Shown here: positions 48,221 to 60,290 of the stretch, in pieces
How the letters are laid out: each line of letters starts with the position of its first letter
How positions within the stretch are numbered: the stretch's first letter is position 1
Origin: an uncultured Thermoleophilia bacterium
GTDB taxonomy: Bacteria > Actinomycetota > Thermoleophilia > UBA2241
NCBI GenBank assembly: GCA_963702475.1
Contig: CAVPCT010000009.1
Span: forward strand, 306,008-370,007
Direction of reading: 5' to 3'
DNA length: 64,000 nucleotides
Program-made: the position numbers and the translations under genes
Notes under the pieces: generated by a model
Database searches by the model: none
The model's input: the letters and a program-made list of their open reading frames with translations, nothing else
What the model was told of the DNA's origin: nothing

Positions 48221-48556
48221 CGTTCGTCTCCTGTTCCCCGTCGTCGGCGTCGACCCGGACGCCGTTCCTCCTGTACGAACCTGCATCGGTCCCGGGCGCG
48301 CGGGAGACATGGGGTGAAGTACCTATCTGCAGCGGGAACGTGGGCCGCCGGCAGCCTGAGGCACCGGGCATCTAGACAAACGTTCCGGGCGCCCCACTCC
48401 GGGAAGCGCCGCGGCTGCCTCCAAAGAGCCGGGATACGGCGGCAGACCAGGCCGAGGCGAACAGACGGTCGCTACATCCCGGCGAAGTGAGCAACGAACC
48501 ACGCGGAAGGCTCGCCGTGCGTGCGCTATGGCGCGCCAGGCTCCTGGATCGTTCGG

Positions 48557-50518
48557 CTAGACCCGGCGGTCGCCCTGCGCCGGTGCGACGGTCGAGGCGG
48601 GAGCGCCTGACGGAGCATGAGCTCCAGGTGGCCCGGCAGGCTCCCCCAACGGAGCCGCGAGGTTCTCCCGCCGATGTTCCGCACTCGTGAGCTCCCTATC
48701 GTGCCCTGGAGATACCGGAGAACTCCCCCCCGAGGACGGGGCGGCCGGCCTTGGGGCCCTCGCCACGACAGGCTGTGCGGACGGCAGCAACGCCTCAGGC
48801 ACGGCCTGGCGATGCCGCAGGCCCTTGCCGTTGTCCGACTGGTAGTAGCCGTAGCGGTACGACGACCGGTAGTAGTGTCCACCGCCGTGAGCGACGCGCA
48901 CGACTGTCCCGAGGATGCGCACCGGCAGACGCGCCAGCTGTTCGGCCGCCATCGCGAGTTGCGGCCTCTTCACGACGTGCATGTCCGCCAGGAAGACGAG
49001 GCCATCCACCTTCGGCGCGATTGCCGACGTGTCCCCGACCGGCAGCATTGCGGGCGTGTCCACGAGGACCATATCGGCCTCTGCCGCAAGCAGGTCGACG
49101 ATCTCGCTGAGGCGCTGCGAACCCACGATCTCGCCGGGATTAGGCGGGATAGGTCCACTCGGCAGCACGTACAGGCGCGAGCGTGCGTCTACGCCGCTGA
49201 GATAGGCGGAGGTGGGCGGCTGTCCCGCCTTGGCTTGGCTGTCGAAGACCAGCACGGGGACCAGCGCCTCGCGCAACGAAGTCTGATTGGTCGCCACGGT
49301 GCTGAGGCCGCGCTCGTTGGCGATGCCGAAGTACTGGTGCTGACGTGGGCGCCTGAGGTCCGCGTCGACGATGACGACGCGCCTGCCTGCCATGGCCATC
49401 GCCACAGCGAGGTTGGCCACGGTCACACTCTTTCCTTCACCCTGGATGCAACTCGTGACAAGGATGGACCGGATCTCCGAATCCACAGCCATGAAATCCA
49501 GATTGGTGCGTATCATGCGGAACGCCTCGGCTACCTGGCCATCGGGATGAGCGAACGTGACCACTCCTCCCTCAGAGAGCAGCTTGTGGGAGATCCGCGG
49601 GATGCGACCCAGGATGGGCTGACGCAGGATCCTGGAGACGTCCTCGGGCGAGCGGACCCGGGTGTCGAACTGCTCGAGCAAAAAGGCGAGACCGATCGCG
49701 GCGATGAGTCCCACCCCGAACCCGAGCAAGGCATCGCGCGTGGGCTGGGGAGCCACGGGCGACTCCGGCACAGTGGCGGGGACGAGCACACGGAAGTTGC
49801 CCGTCGCGGTGGACCTGAGCAGCTGCAGATCGCGCAGGCGTTGCTGCAGGACGAGGTAGTCTGCGGACTCCTTGGCGGCGTCGGGATACGTTTCCAGCTT
49901 GCTGTTGATGGCGTTGATGGCACGCTGGATCTGTTCCTTGACGATCTCCTTGCGATAGTCGACGAACGCCAGGGCGTAGGCGTTGGCGGCGGCGGCGGCC
50001 ATGCCTGGCTGCCCGCTGGTGGCGGTGATGCGCACCACGCTCGTGAGCGAGGCGGAGGTCCCCGCCGAGGTGTCGATCACGGGCGCGGAGGAGATGTCGA
50101 AGTCGCTGTCGACGTCCCCCTCCGTGAGCAGGAAGGACCTGGCCCGCTGCTGCATGTCGGGGCTGGCGATGATGTTGGCGACGCTGGTGAGCTGCGCCGA
50201 TCGCTCATTGGGGTCAGTGTAGCTCTGCCCGGTGAGCGGATTGCTCAGGTCGAGCTGCTTCTCGTAGATCAGGTCGGCACTGGCTTCGTAGACCTTGTCT
50301 TGGCGCGACGAGAAGAAGTACGCGGAGCCAGTGGCGACCACGACGACCAGAAGGATGACCCACTTGCGCCGCCAGAGGACGCCCAGGTAGTCACGCAGCG
50401 TGAGACCGTCCGCCCCCGGCTCGGGGCCGAACGCGGCACCCGACTGCGCGGCGAAGTCCCCGCCGTTCGACCACGCTCGGGGGCGACCGTTGACGTGGTC
50501 TCCCCCGCCGTCTCTCAT
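48557..50518 (-). CDS. Polysaccharide chain-length regulator / tyrosine autokinase (Wzc-like)
   Basis: LRDYL.VLWRRKW, PESPVAPQP, EAFRMIRTNL, TSCIQGEGKS Walker A, VDADLRRP, DTP, Tyr-rich tail YYRSSYRYGYY. Confidence 0.93.
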   Translation of the reverse strand: MRDGGGDHVNGRPRAWSNGGDFAAQSGAAFGPEPGADGLTLRDYLGVLWRRKWVILLVVVVATGSAYFFSSRQDKVYEASADLIYEKQLDLSNPLTGQSYTDPNERSAQLTSVANIIASPDMQQRARSFLLTEGDVDSDFDISSAPVIDTSAGTSASLTSVVRITATSGQPGMAAAAANAYALAFVDYRKEIVKEQIQRAINAINSKLETYPDAAKESADYLVLQQRLRDLQLLRSTATGNFRVLVPATVPESPVAPQPTRDALLGFGVGLIAAIGLAFLLEQFDTRVRSPEDVSRILRQPILGRIPRISHKLLSEGGVVTFAHPDGQVAEAFRMIRTNLDFMAVDSEIRSILVTSCIQGEGKSVTVANLAVAMAMAGRRVVIVDADLRRPRQHQYFGIANERGLSTVATNQTSLREALVPVLVFDSQAKAGQPPTSAYLSGVDARSRLYVLPSGPIPPNPGEIVGSQRLSEIVDLLAAEADMVLVDTPAMLPVGDTSAIAPKVDGLVFLADMHVVKRPQLAMAAEQLARLPVRILGTVVRVAHGGGHYYRSSYRYGYYQSDNGKGLRHRQAVPEALLPSAQPVVARAPRPAAPSSGGSSPVSPGHDRELTSAEHRRENLAAPLGEPAGPPGAHAPSGAPASTVAPAQGDRRV

Positions 50519-50595
50519 CCTGGCCCCTCGATCATTGGGTCAGGATACCAACAAGCCGCATGCGGTGCAGTCGGGGTGCGAGTGGTCCGCTACAG

Positions 50596-52757
50596 CTAGC
50601 GTCTGATGGTGAGACCGCCGACGCTTCTTGCGGTCGCGGTCTTCGTGGTGCCCGACCAGTGCTCGACGACGATGTGGTAGCCCGTGCCCGCCGGAACGCC
50701 GACCTTCCACGTGTACGCGTACGCCCTCTTGGTGCCGACTGCCGCGACGGGCTTGGCAGCACTGGTGACGCGGTAGCGGGCGCCCTTCGAGCTCACCGCC
50801 CACAGGCGGAAGGCACCTGTCCCCAGCGGCTCCGAGACTCTCCAACCGATCTTGTGCCTGGTATCTCGGCGCCAGATTACCGCACCCTGCGGGGCGGTCA
50901 CGCTGAGGCGCACCAAGGTCACCACCTGGACCCTGCCCGCACTGCTCGCCTCGCTCTGGATCGCGCCGTCGACTGACTCGTAGCGCACCACGATCTGGTA
51001 CGTGTGGGCGGGCGGCAGTGCGACCCGGTAGCCCCACTGGTAGGTGGTGCTGCCCGGCACGACCGCGACGGGAGCTCCGGCAGGCGTGAGTCGTGTGAGC
51101 TCCCCACTCAGCGAAGACGCCCAGACCGTGAAGCGGCCCGAGTTCACGGCTTCGCTGAGGGTCCAGCGGATGGCCTGCGCGCTTCCGCTGCGCCACGTCT
51201 CGCCACCGGCCGGTCTCGTGAGGGTCACGGTCGGACCCGCGTCTACCGCAAAACTCGCAGCGATCGTGTGATCGGCTTGTACGTTGTCGAACTCGTACGA
51301 TGCTCGCGCGCCGACGCTGGCGCCGTCAACGAGCACGTCGTCGACGTGGTAGCCGGCGTCGGCGGTGATGGTGAACAGCACGCTGCCTCCGGCGCCTACG
51401 CTCCGCGGCCCCGACGGCGTGATCCGGCCGTGGGCGCCGGCAGAGGAGGTGATGGTGTACGTGGAGGCAGTGTCCTGAGCGAAACTCGCGGTGATCGTGT
51501 GGTTCGCCTGCACGTTGGTGAACTCGAACGCGGTCCGCGCGCCGACACTCGCGCCGTCGACGACGACATCGGCGACGTGGTAGCCGGCGTCGGCACTGAT
51601 CGCGAAGACGATACTGCCCCCCGCCGCCATGCTCTGAGCCGTCGACGGGTCGATGCTGCCGTGCGCGCCCGCGGTCGGGACGATCGTGAACGTGCCGGCA
51701 GTGTCCTTCGCGAAGCTCGCGCTGATCGTGTGGTCGGCCTGCACATCGGCGAACCGGAAGGATCGCGACGGCGCCGACGCTTGCGCCGTCGACGAGGACA
51801 TCGGCGATGTGGTAGCCAGCGTCGGCGGCGATCGTAAACGTGATACTTGCTCCGGCCGCCACGGTCTGCGGTGTCGATGGGCTGATGCTGCCGTGAGCGC
51901 CGGCCGTCGGGGTGATGGTGAAAGGCCCCGGAACGTTCTCGGCGAACGTGGCGCTGATCGTGTGATCGGCCTGGACGTTCTTGAACTCGTACGAGGTGCG
52001 GGCACCGACGCTCACGCCGTCGACGAGGACGTCGGCCACGTGGAACCCATCAACCGACGGAGATGGTGAAGACGATGTTCCGCCCTGTGGGTACGGTCTG
52101 AGGCACGGGCGGGCCGATCCATCCGTGGGACCCGGCTGAGGGGTGATGGTGAACTTGCGCTCGCTGTCGGCGGCGAAGGTGGCACTGATCGTATGATCGG
52201 CCCGTACGTCGGTGAACTGGTAGAGAGTCACGGCCCGACGCTGACACCATCCACGAGAACTCCGCCAACGTGGTAGCCCGAAAACGCGGCTATGGTGAAG
52301 ATGACGCTTCCGCCTGCCGCGACGCTCTGTGGAGTCGGGGGTCCAATCCAGCCATTGGGTCCGACCGACGGGGTGATGAAGAACGGCCCCTCGCCGTCCA
52401 TGGCGATGATGACGTCGATCGTGTGGTCAGCGTGCACGTTGGTGAACTCGTACGAGCTTCTCACCCCGACGCTGACGCCGTCGACGAGGACGTCGGCGAT
52501 GTGATAGCCAACATCGGCGCCCATGGTGAAGCGGACACTTCCACCCGCAGACACGGCCTGTTCCGTCCACGGGTCTATCCAGCCATGGTCGCCAGCTGCC
52601 GGAATGATCGTGTGGACCTCAGGTGCCGCCGCATGTGGCCGACGCTCCAGCCGACTTGCCGGCAAACGCCGTGGCGGGCAGCCAGGGGCGACGGCGAGAA
52701 GGATCACGACGCAAACCGCGACCTGAAATCAAGGCAAGACAATCGAAACGCTTTCAC
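50596..52757 (-). CDS. Secreted surface protein with about six InlB-B/Flg_new-like repeats and two C-terminal Ig-like domains (several frameshifts)
   Basis: Repeats FTI.P.AG.HG.I.P...Q.V.AGGS..FTI....GYH.ADVLVDG.SVG....Y.F.NV.ADHTI.A.F spread over ORF fragments 52228-52707, 52050-52268, 51326-52231 and 50596-52005. Start is approximate. Confidence 0.8.
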
Positions 52758-52903
52758 GTTGAACCCCCAGAGATCAGCCTGCCGGCATGATGGCACAGGG
52801 CCCACGAACTGTCGACGCCGCCCGCCGTTGGGTGCTCCCACCTGCAGCGCTCGGCAAGGCTCGCCATGCTTGCTGTCTCCTGGTAACGGTCTAATCCGGT
52901 CAA

Positions 52904-54432
52904 ATGTCGGCTATAGTGGCTCCGGGCAGCCAGAATACGCGAAGGGGAGACGCATTGCCCGTCCAGGAGGTCGCCTGCGGCAGGGACGTGAGGGCGCCGC
53001 GGCTGCTGCCGTCTTCGGCGCAGCTGCTCAGCAAGTACGGCCTGCGACGCGTCGTCAGCGTCGGTACGTTGCTGACCATCGATGCGGGTTCGTTCGTCCT
53101 GGCCCTCGCTCTTGTAACGCGTGCAACCGGTATGGGCTGGACCCTGCTGTGGCCGGGCCTGAAGTGGTGGAGCATCCCTGTCGCCATCACCTCGATCATG
53201 GTGGTCGCAGCCACGAAGGGCCTCTATGGCAGACAGTACACTCGCCACGATGTGCGCAGGGTCGTTTCGGCCTGGACGATAGCCTTCATGGCAGCCCTGG
53301 GAATCGTGCTGGTTGTCAATCCGCTCGGCATCGGGGCACGCTTTGTAGTGGTGTGGTTACTGGGCGGCGCTTTGTCGCTCGGCAGCAGGTTCGCATACGA
53401 TCTCGCACTCTCATCGGTCTACGGCCCCGACGGCGACGCACCTCCGGCGCTGTTGCTCGGCAGCCTCGATGCCTGCACGACCGCCCTCGCGACGCTGGCG
53501 GCGCTTCCCCACACCAGTCGCGTCAGCGTGATAGGCCTCGTGGTGCCACAGCGTGAGTCTGATGCGGCAGGCGGCGTCGTGCGGGCTCCTCAAGTCGTGG
53601 CGGACGACACGCATCTAGAGCAGGCCCTGAGGGACAGCGGTGCGGTCCAGGTCATCCTCGCGGACCCCGCTTCCTTGAACGGCCGGCTCCGCGATATCAT
53701 GGACACCTGTCATGACAGCGCAGTCAGCCTGAAGGTGGTCTCGCCCCAGCTCCAGTTGGACAGCCGCCCCGTGACCTACATCGGAGGCTTGGACTGCCCG
53801 CTCTTCGTCGTGCGTCCTCGCCCGGCCAGCGCAGCCAGCTACTTTGTGAAGCGCGTGGGCGACCGCGTCGGGTCCGCGTTCCTGCTCGTGACACTGAGCC
53901 CGCTGCTCCTCGTGATCGCCTGCTCATCAAGGCCACCTCCCCCGGGCCGGTGCTCTTCGTCGACAGCCGTATGGGTGTAGGACAGCGCCCCTTCGACTGC
54001 TACAAGTTCCGCACGATGGCCGCCGATGCCAGTGCGTGCCAGGGCGCGCTCGAGGAGCGCAACGAAGCCGATGGTGTGCTGTTCAAGCTGCGAGACGATC
54101 CGCGAGTGACTCCGGTCGGCCGAGCCCTGCGGCATCTGAGCCTCGACGAGCTGCCTCAGCTGCTCAACGTCCTCAAGGGCGACATGAGCCTCGTCGGCCC
54201 GCGCCCCCTGCCTTTGCGCGACTGCGGGCTCATGGAAGAATGGCATCGCCAGCGGCACGTCATGCTCCCCGGCATCACGGGCTTGTGGCAAGTGAGCGGA
54301 CGCAGTGACTTGTCCTTTGACGACATGGTGCGCCTCGACCTGCAGTACATGGAGACGTGGTCGCTGAAGACCGACCTCTACATCATGTGGCGTTCGGTCG
54401 GCGCCGTCCTGCGTTCGCGCGGCGCCTACTGA
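52904..54432 (+). CDS. Priming polyprenyl-phosphate glycosylphosphotransferase (WcaJ/WbaP-like), frameshift at about 53920
   Basis: KR..D, YKFRTM, DPRVTPVG, SLDELPQLLNVLKGDMSLVGPRP, PGITGLWQVSGR. Adding one C at GCC(C)TG joins the two ORFs. Confidence 0.9.
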
Positions 54433-54441
54433 GAGGGCGGT

Positions 54442-55395
<954 letters not shown>

Positions 55396-55481
55396 GTAGG
55401 CCAAGGCCGCTCGGTCGATTTGCCCGCGGTGCGAAGCTATCCGGCCTGCGACCCGGCGTCTGGGAGCCAAGAGGTGATGCA

Positions 55482-56891
55482 GTGACGGGTGTCGTGCTCA
55501 CGAGATGGTATCGCGCTGCCGGCGCAACGGCCCTTGCGACTCTGGGTGTGGCAGCCGTACTTGCGGTTGTACCGCCTGGGTACGCGCTAGCCGGAGCGCT
55601 GCTGACTGCCGGCACCGTCGCCACCTACCGCCTTCCTGTCATCAGCCTGTCGCTGCTCCTCGTGGTTGGCATAGGACCGGCGGTCCTGTCGCAGGCTGAC
55701 CTCCCGTGGCTGGCTACGATCACGAGCCTCGGGAAGCTCTCTCTAGCGGACGCCGTTCTGAGCGCCATGCTCCTCGCGGTGGCGATTCGGGTCACAGTAT
55801 GGCTCGCGGGACCCCTCGCGCGGTCAAGGGGCCTTGCTATCGCCCTGGCTGTGAGCGTAGCGACGCTGTTCGCCTGGATTGCCGTATCCATTGCGCGCAA
55901 TCTGAACGTCTACGGAATCCACACCACGGGCCAGTTCCGCTACTCCTACCTCATCGTCGTAGCGGCGGTATACGCTGCGGTCTTTCTCCGCTCGGCAGCG
56001 CAGCGTCGCCGCATGTGCGTGGTTCTGATTGCCATGTCCGTCGTCGTGACTCTGGCGGCTGTACCGGTGATTGGCTCCTTCAAGGGATGGAGTAGCGGAC
56101 CGGCCAGCAGGTTCTTCCCCGCATCGGTCTCGCTTGGCCTGCTCTACGGCTGGGCGGCGTTGTTCCTGGCAGGCGAGCGCGGTCAGCTAGGCGTGTCGAA
56201 ATGGCTGGCGAGAGGCCTGGCCTTTCCCGTGGTCGGCTTGCTGCTCGTAGACAGTCACCGCTCCGTGTGGCTGGCGGCATTGGTGCTGCTCGCCTGCCTC
56301 TTCCTATCCGGCAGGATTCGGGCCGGCGCGTCGGTCAAAGTGAGCGTCTTCGCGGGAATGGTCATCGCACTGATCCTTGGATTCGCCAGCCTCATTCGCC
56401 CGGGCACATTGGGCGGCATTCTGCAACGAGCCGGTGCGATTCTCGCTCCTGCCAGTGACCAGACATCCTCCTGGCGGCTGGGACTCTGGGCCGCCAACCT
56501 CTCCCGCTGGTGGCAACATCCCATGGCCGGAGATGGGTTCGGAAGCTACTACGCGGGCAATGCCGCTCAGGGCGTGACGCTAACGCTCACACCGCATAGC
56601 GTCTACGTCGAGACGCTCGTCGCCATGGGCGCCGTTGGATTGGCTCTGTTCCTTGCGTGCATCGCGACGGCCACTGCGATTCTCTGGACGAGCGCGGAGT
56701 GGCAACGCCGTCGTCGTATTGAATCGCTCGATGCCACATTGGTTGAGTTCGGGCTCGGAGTCTTGTTCAGCGCGCTGGCCTACATCGCCGTGTACCCATT
56801 CGAGTACTACTCTGGGCTCTGGGTGGGCCTCGCGCTGGCAGCTGCGCTCCAAGCGCCGGCAGTCGGCCGCACCATCGATTCTCAGATGTAG
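55482..56891 (+). CDS. O-antigen ligase / Wzy-type polymerase family membrane protein
   Basis: Many TM segments; SHRSVWLA, SWRLGLW, HPMAGDGFG, PHSVYVETL..MGAVG. Confidence 0.85.
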   Translation: MTGVVLTRWYRAAGATALATLGVAAVLAVVPPGYALAGALLTAGTVATYRLPVISLSLLLVVGIGPAVLSQADLPWLATITSLGKLSLADAVLSAMLLAVAIRVTVWLAGPLARSRGLAIALAVSVATLFAWIAVSIARNLNVYGIHTTGQFRYSYLIVVAAVYAAVFLRSAAQRRRMCVVLIAMSVVVTLAAVPVIGSFKGWSSGPASRFFPASVSLGLLYGWAALFLAGERGQLGVSKWLARGLAFPVVGLLLVDSHRSVWLAALVLLACLFLSGRIRAGASVKVSVFAGMVIALILGFASLIRPGTLGGILQRAGAILAPASDQTSSWRLGLWAANLSRWWQHPMAGDGFGSYYAGNAAQGVTLTLTPHSVYVETLVAMGAVGLALFLACIATATAILWTSAEWQRRRRIESLDATLVEFGLGVLFSALAYIAVYPFEYYSGLWVGLALAAALQAPAVGRTIDSQM

Positions 56892-58321
56892 TGACCCCCC
56901 ACTCCCCTGAGCATGATTCCTCTCGACCGCCGGAGAAGGTAGGACCCTGGCGGCACTGCCTTCGAGTCGAGAGAGGTGCGACGCCGGACGCCTCCAGCCG
57001 ATCGAGGGAGCGCTATCGACGCGCCGGTCTTTCCGGAGTGGCCGCAATCGCGGCCAGGGGTATCCAGATCCTCACTTCTCTGGTGACGGTCCCACTTACG
57101 CTGCACTACTTGGGTGCCGAGAGGTATGGCATGTGGATGGCCATGAGTTCTCTCGTAGCGATGTTGGGGTTCGCGGATCTTGGCATCGGCAACGGGCTGC
57201 TCAACGCCATCTCTGATGCGCACGGGCGTGATGATCGGGGCGACGCCGCGCGCTACGTGTCCAGCGCGTTCTACTCGCTCGTTGCCATCGCGCTCGTGGC
57301 CTTCGTGACTTTCGCGCTTGTGTACTCTTTCGTGCCTTGGGCCAGAGTCTTCAACGTGACGACACCTCTCGCAGTGTCCGAGTCCGGCCCGGCGGTGGCC
57401 GTTCTCATGCTCGGCTTCGTGCTGGGCATGCCTCTTGGCGTGGTCTCGCGTGTGCGTGCCGGCTACCAGGAGGCATTCATCGACAGCGCTTGGATCGCCG
57501 GCGGCAACCTGCTCGGACTCGCGCTGGTCCTGCTCGGCGTTGCCGCGCGCGCGGGTCTGCCGTGGCTGGTGTTCGCAATGTCCGCAGGTCCCCTCGTGGC
57601 CATTGCACTGAACGGCGCCGTGCTGTTCTGGCGGCGGTTCCCCTGGCTGCGACCGCGATGGTCGGCGGCCTCACGCGCCGCCGCGTACGCGGTCTTGGGC
57701 ACTGGGGTCTACTTCTTCATTCTGCAGGTCGCCGGCGCCGTCGCCTACCAGTCGGACAGCCTCGTTATCGCCCAGATCGTCGGCCCAGCAGCGGTGGCCG
57801 AATACGCGATCCCGATGAAGCTCTTCATGCTATCGCCGACCGTGCTCGGTTTCCTCCTCGCCCCACTCTGGCCAGCGTACGCAGAAGCCGTGTCTCGCGG
57901 CGACGCCACGTGGGCGCGGGTCGCGTTTCGCAGGTCGGTACGCGCAACGCTGATAGTCGGGGCGACGACATCCCTCGTGCTGCTGCTGATCGGGAAGCCG
58001 CTGATCCAACGCGTGGGTCGGTTCCAGTGTTCAGCCAACCACATTACTTCTCACTGCGGCGGCGGTCTGGGCAGTACTGACATGCGTCAGCGCAGCCTAT
58101 GCGGTGTTCCTCAACGGCGTCGGGGTCCTGCGGCTCCAGGTGGTAGTGGCCGTGCTCATGATGACCGCCAATCTCGGCCTCTCTATCGTCTTCACGAAGC
58201 GTATAGGCATATCCGGCGTCATCTGGGGATCGGTGGTGGCCCAGGCCTTTCTGTAATCCTGCCCCTGACGGTGTATCTCGCGCGTTGGTTCCCGCGCCTC
58301 GAGCCGGGGCAGGGCGACTGA
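56891..58321 (+). CDS. Wzx-type polysaccharide flippase (compensating +1/-1 indels at about 58008 and 58250)
   Basis: VPLTLHYLGAERYGMW, ADLGIGNGL, D.LVIAQIVGP.AVAEY. The hydrophobic C-terminus is restored in the alternative frame between the two indels. Confidence 0.88.
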   Translation: MTPHSPEHDSSRPPEKVGPWRHCLRVERGATPDASSRSRERYRRAGLSGVAAIAARGIQILTSLVTVPLTLHYLGAERYGMWMAMSSLVAMLGFADLGIGNGLLNAISDAHGRDDRGDAARYVSSAFYSLVAIALVAFVTFALVYSFVPWARVFNVTTPLAVSESGPAVAVLMLGFVLGMPLGVVSRVRAGYQEAFIDSAWIAGGNLLGLALVLLGVAARAGLPWLVFAMSAGPLVAIALNGAVLFWRRFPWLRPRWSAASRAAAYAVLGTGVYFFILQVAGAVAYQSDSLVIAQIVGPAAVAEYAIPMKLFMLSPTVLGFLLAPLWPAYAEAVSRGDATWARVAFRRSVRATLIVGATTSLVLLLIGKPLIQRVGRFQCSANHITSHCGGGLGSTDMRQRSLCGVPQRRRGPAAPGGSGRAHDDRQSRPLYRLHEAYRHIRRHLGIGGGPGLSVILPLTVYLARWFPRLEPGQGD

Positions 58322-59269
58322 GGCGCGAGCGTCGGTGCGCAGCCTCCCCTTCTGTCACGTCCGCGAACAAGTCGCGCTGCGCCGACGAGAACACCGCGAC
58401 ATCCATGTAGCGATGGGCGTAGCCTCCGGCAAAGTAGTCGTGCAGGTGCGCCAGCAGCGCCGGTTCAGATGTGTTCGTCGAGAGCAGATAGTCACCGAGA
58501 TTGTCCCAGACCACGACGCCCTCGTATCCGAGTTCGCGCAGGAACGAAAAGACCGACGACCCCTCAACGCCGCCGACGTCCATGAGCCGGGGGTCGTACT
58601 CGAAGAACACGACCGGAGACTGTGCCTTCAAGAAATCGGAGTTCTCCATGAGGATGAGGGCGTCGAGTCCATCCGTGTCGATCTTCAACAGACTCACGTC
58701 ACCGAAGCGCGGGTGCTCGCGCGTGAGCGTCTGCAGCGTGCGGAGCGACACGCGCGTCCCCCCGCGGACGTTCAGATCCAGACGGGCGGTGCCATCCTCG
58801 GAGACGACCGATGCCATCCGTTCGCGTCCTCTCCACCGACGTAGTACGGGGCGATTTCCACATCGCCGCAGTGTGCGGTGTTCGGCGTGAGGTAGCGCAG
58901 AAAGCGCGGGTCGCCTTCGACGCACAGCACGGGGATATGGGACTTGGTCCGAACTACGATCGCACTGTCGCCGACGTTCGCCCCCACATCGATCATCGCT
59001 GAACCCTGGCGCATACGCTCGCATGCCGCCGCGACACGCGCGAGATTCTGGGAGTAGTCGTCGTAGACACTCCACGTGCCCGGAAGTTCGTGGGAGAACG
59101 GCAGCCTCAGAGTCACACCTCGCCACGTATACCGCACCTCAGGGTCGAGGCGCAGCCTCGCCTACGCGCCGGTCACCCGCAGGATCAGCCTGTCCCGCGG
59201 CTTGCCCCGAGCGGCCCCCGGATACGCCCAGACGCGTCGCTCGAAGAGGCGCTGCGTCAGGGATTCCAC
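58320..59269 (-). CDS. FkbM-family methyltransferase (frameshift at about 58830; in-frame TAG at 59162-59164; 3' end approximate)
   Basis: MIDVGANVGD, LCVEG, LLKIDTDGLD, VFFEY across ORFs 58772-59137 and 58044-59126. Confidence 0.78.
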
Positions 59270-59301
59270 GCCGGGACTTCAGGGCGCTCAGTGCCCACTC
59301 C

Positions 59302-60290
59302 TCATGTACGGGTCTCCAGTCGAGCCACTTCGGCGTCGACCATCATCCGGACGAGTTCGTCAAACGACACAAGGGGCTCCCAGCCAAGCTCACGCCGGGC
59401 CTTGGAAGCGTCGCCACACGTCTCGGTAATGTCGATGGGCCTGAGCAGCGTAGGGTCTGGCGTACGTGGCGCGCGTAGTCGAGCCCGACGTGCGCGAAGG
59501 CGCGTTCGCAGAATTCGCGCACCGAGTGACTCTCGCCGGTGGCAACGATGTAGTCGTCCGGGGCGTCGGCCTGCAGCATGAGATACATGGCGCGCACATA
59601 GTCGCCGGCGAAGCCCCAGTCGCGCCGCGCATCGAGATTGCCGAGCGAGACCTCCGTCTCAAGACCGTTGGCGATGGCCGCCGCCGCACGCGCGACCTTC
59701 CGCGTGAGGTAGCCGCGGCCTCGAAACGGGCTCTCATGGTTGAAGAGAATGCCATTGCAGGCGTGCAGACCATAGGCGCGCCGATAGGCGCCGACGACGG
59801 AGTACGCGTACAGCTTGGCGGCGGCGTACGGGTTCACAGGACGGAATGGCGTGCGCTCCGTCTGAGGGCTCTCCTCCGGCTCCCCGAAGACCTCCGACGT
59901 GGACGCCTGGTAGTACCGTATGTGTCCGCCGGCGCGGCGGATGGCCTCGAGTAGACGCAAAGTGCCAAGCGCGGTCGTCTCTCCAGTGTACTCGGGCAGG
60001 GCAAAGCTGACCGGGATGTGACTCTGCCCGGCAAGATGGTAGACCTCGTCCGGACTGCTCTCGTCCAGCACGATGGCGAGACTGGAGGAATCCGTGAGTT
60101 CGGCGAGATGAAGGTGCACGCGTTCCGCGTACTCGGGTCGCGCGCCACACACCTGGTCGAGGTAGGTTCCCTCCACGACCGAGGTCGCGCGCAGCATGCC
60201 GTGGACAACGTAGCCCTCGCCGAGCAAGAGCTCGGCCAAATACCCGCCGTCCTGGCCAGTGATCCCGGTAATAAGCGCCGACTTGGTCAT
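59302..60290 (-). CDS. gmd: Second GDP-mannose 4,6-dehydratase-like SDR (C-terminal frameshifts)
   Basis: ALITGITGQDG.YL, YQASTSE, PYAAAK, FNHESP.RG, LGNLDARRDWG; C-terminal ...MMVDAEV in a shifted frame. Confidence 0.82.
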
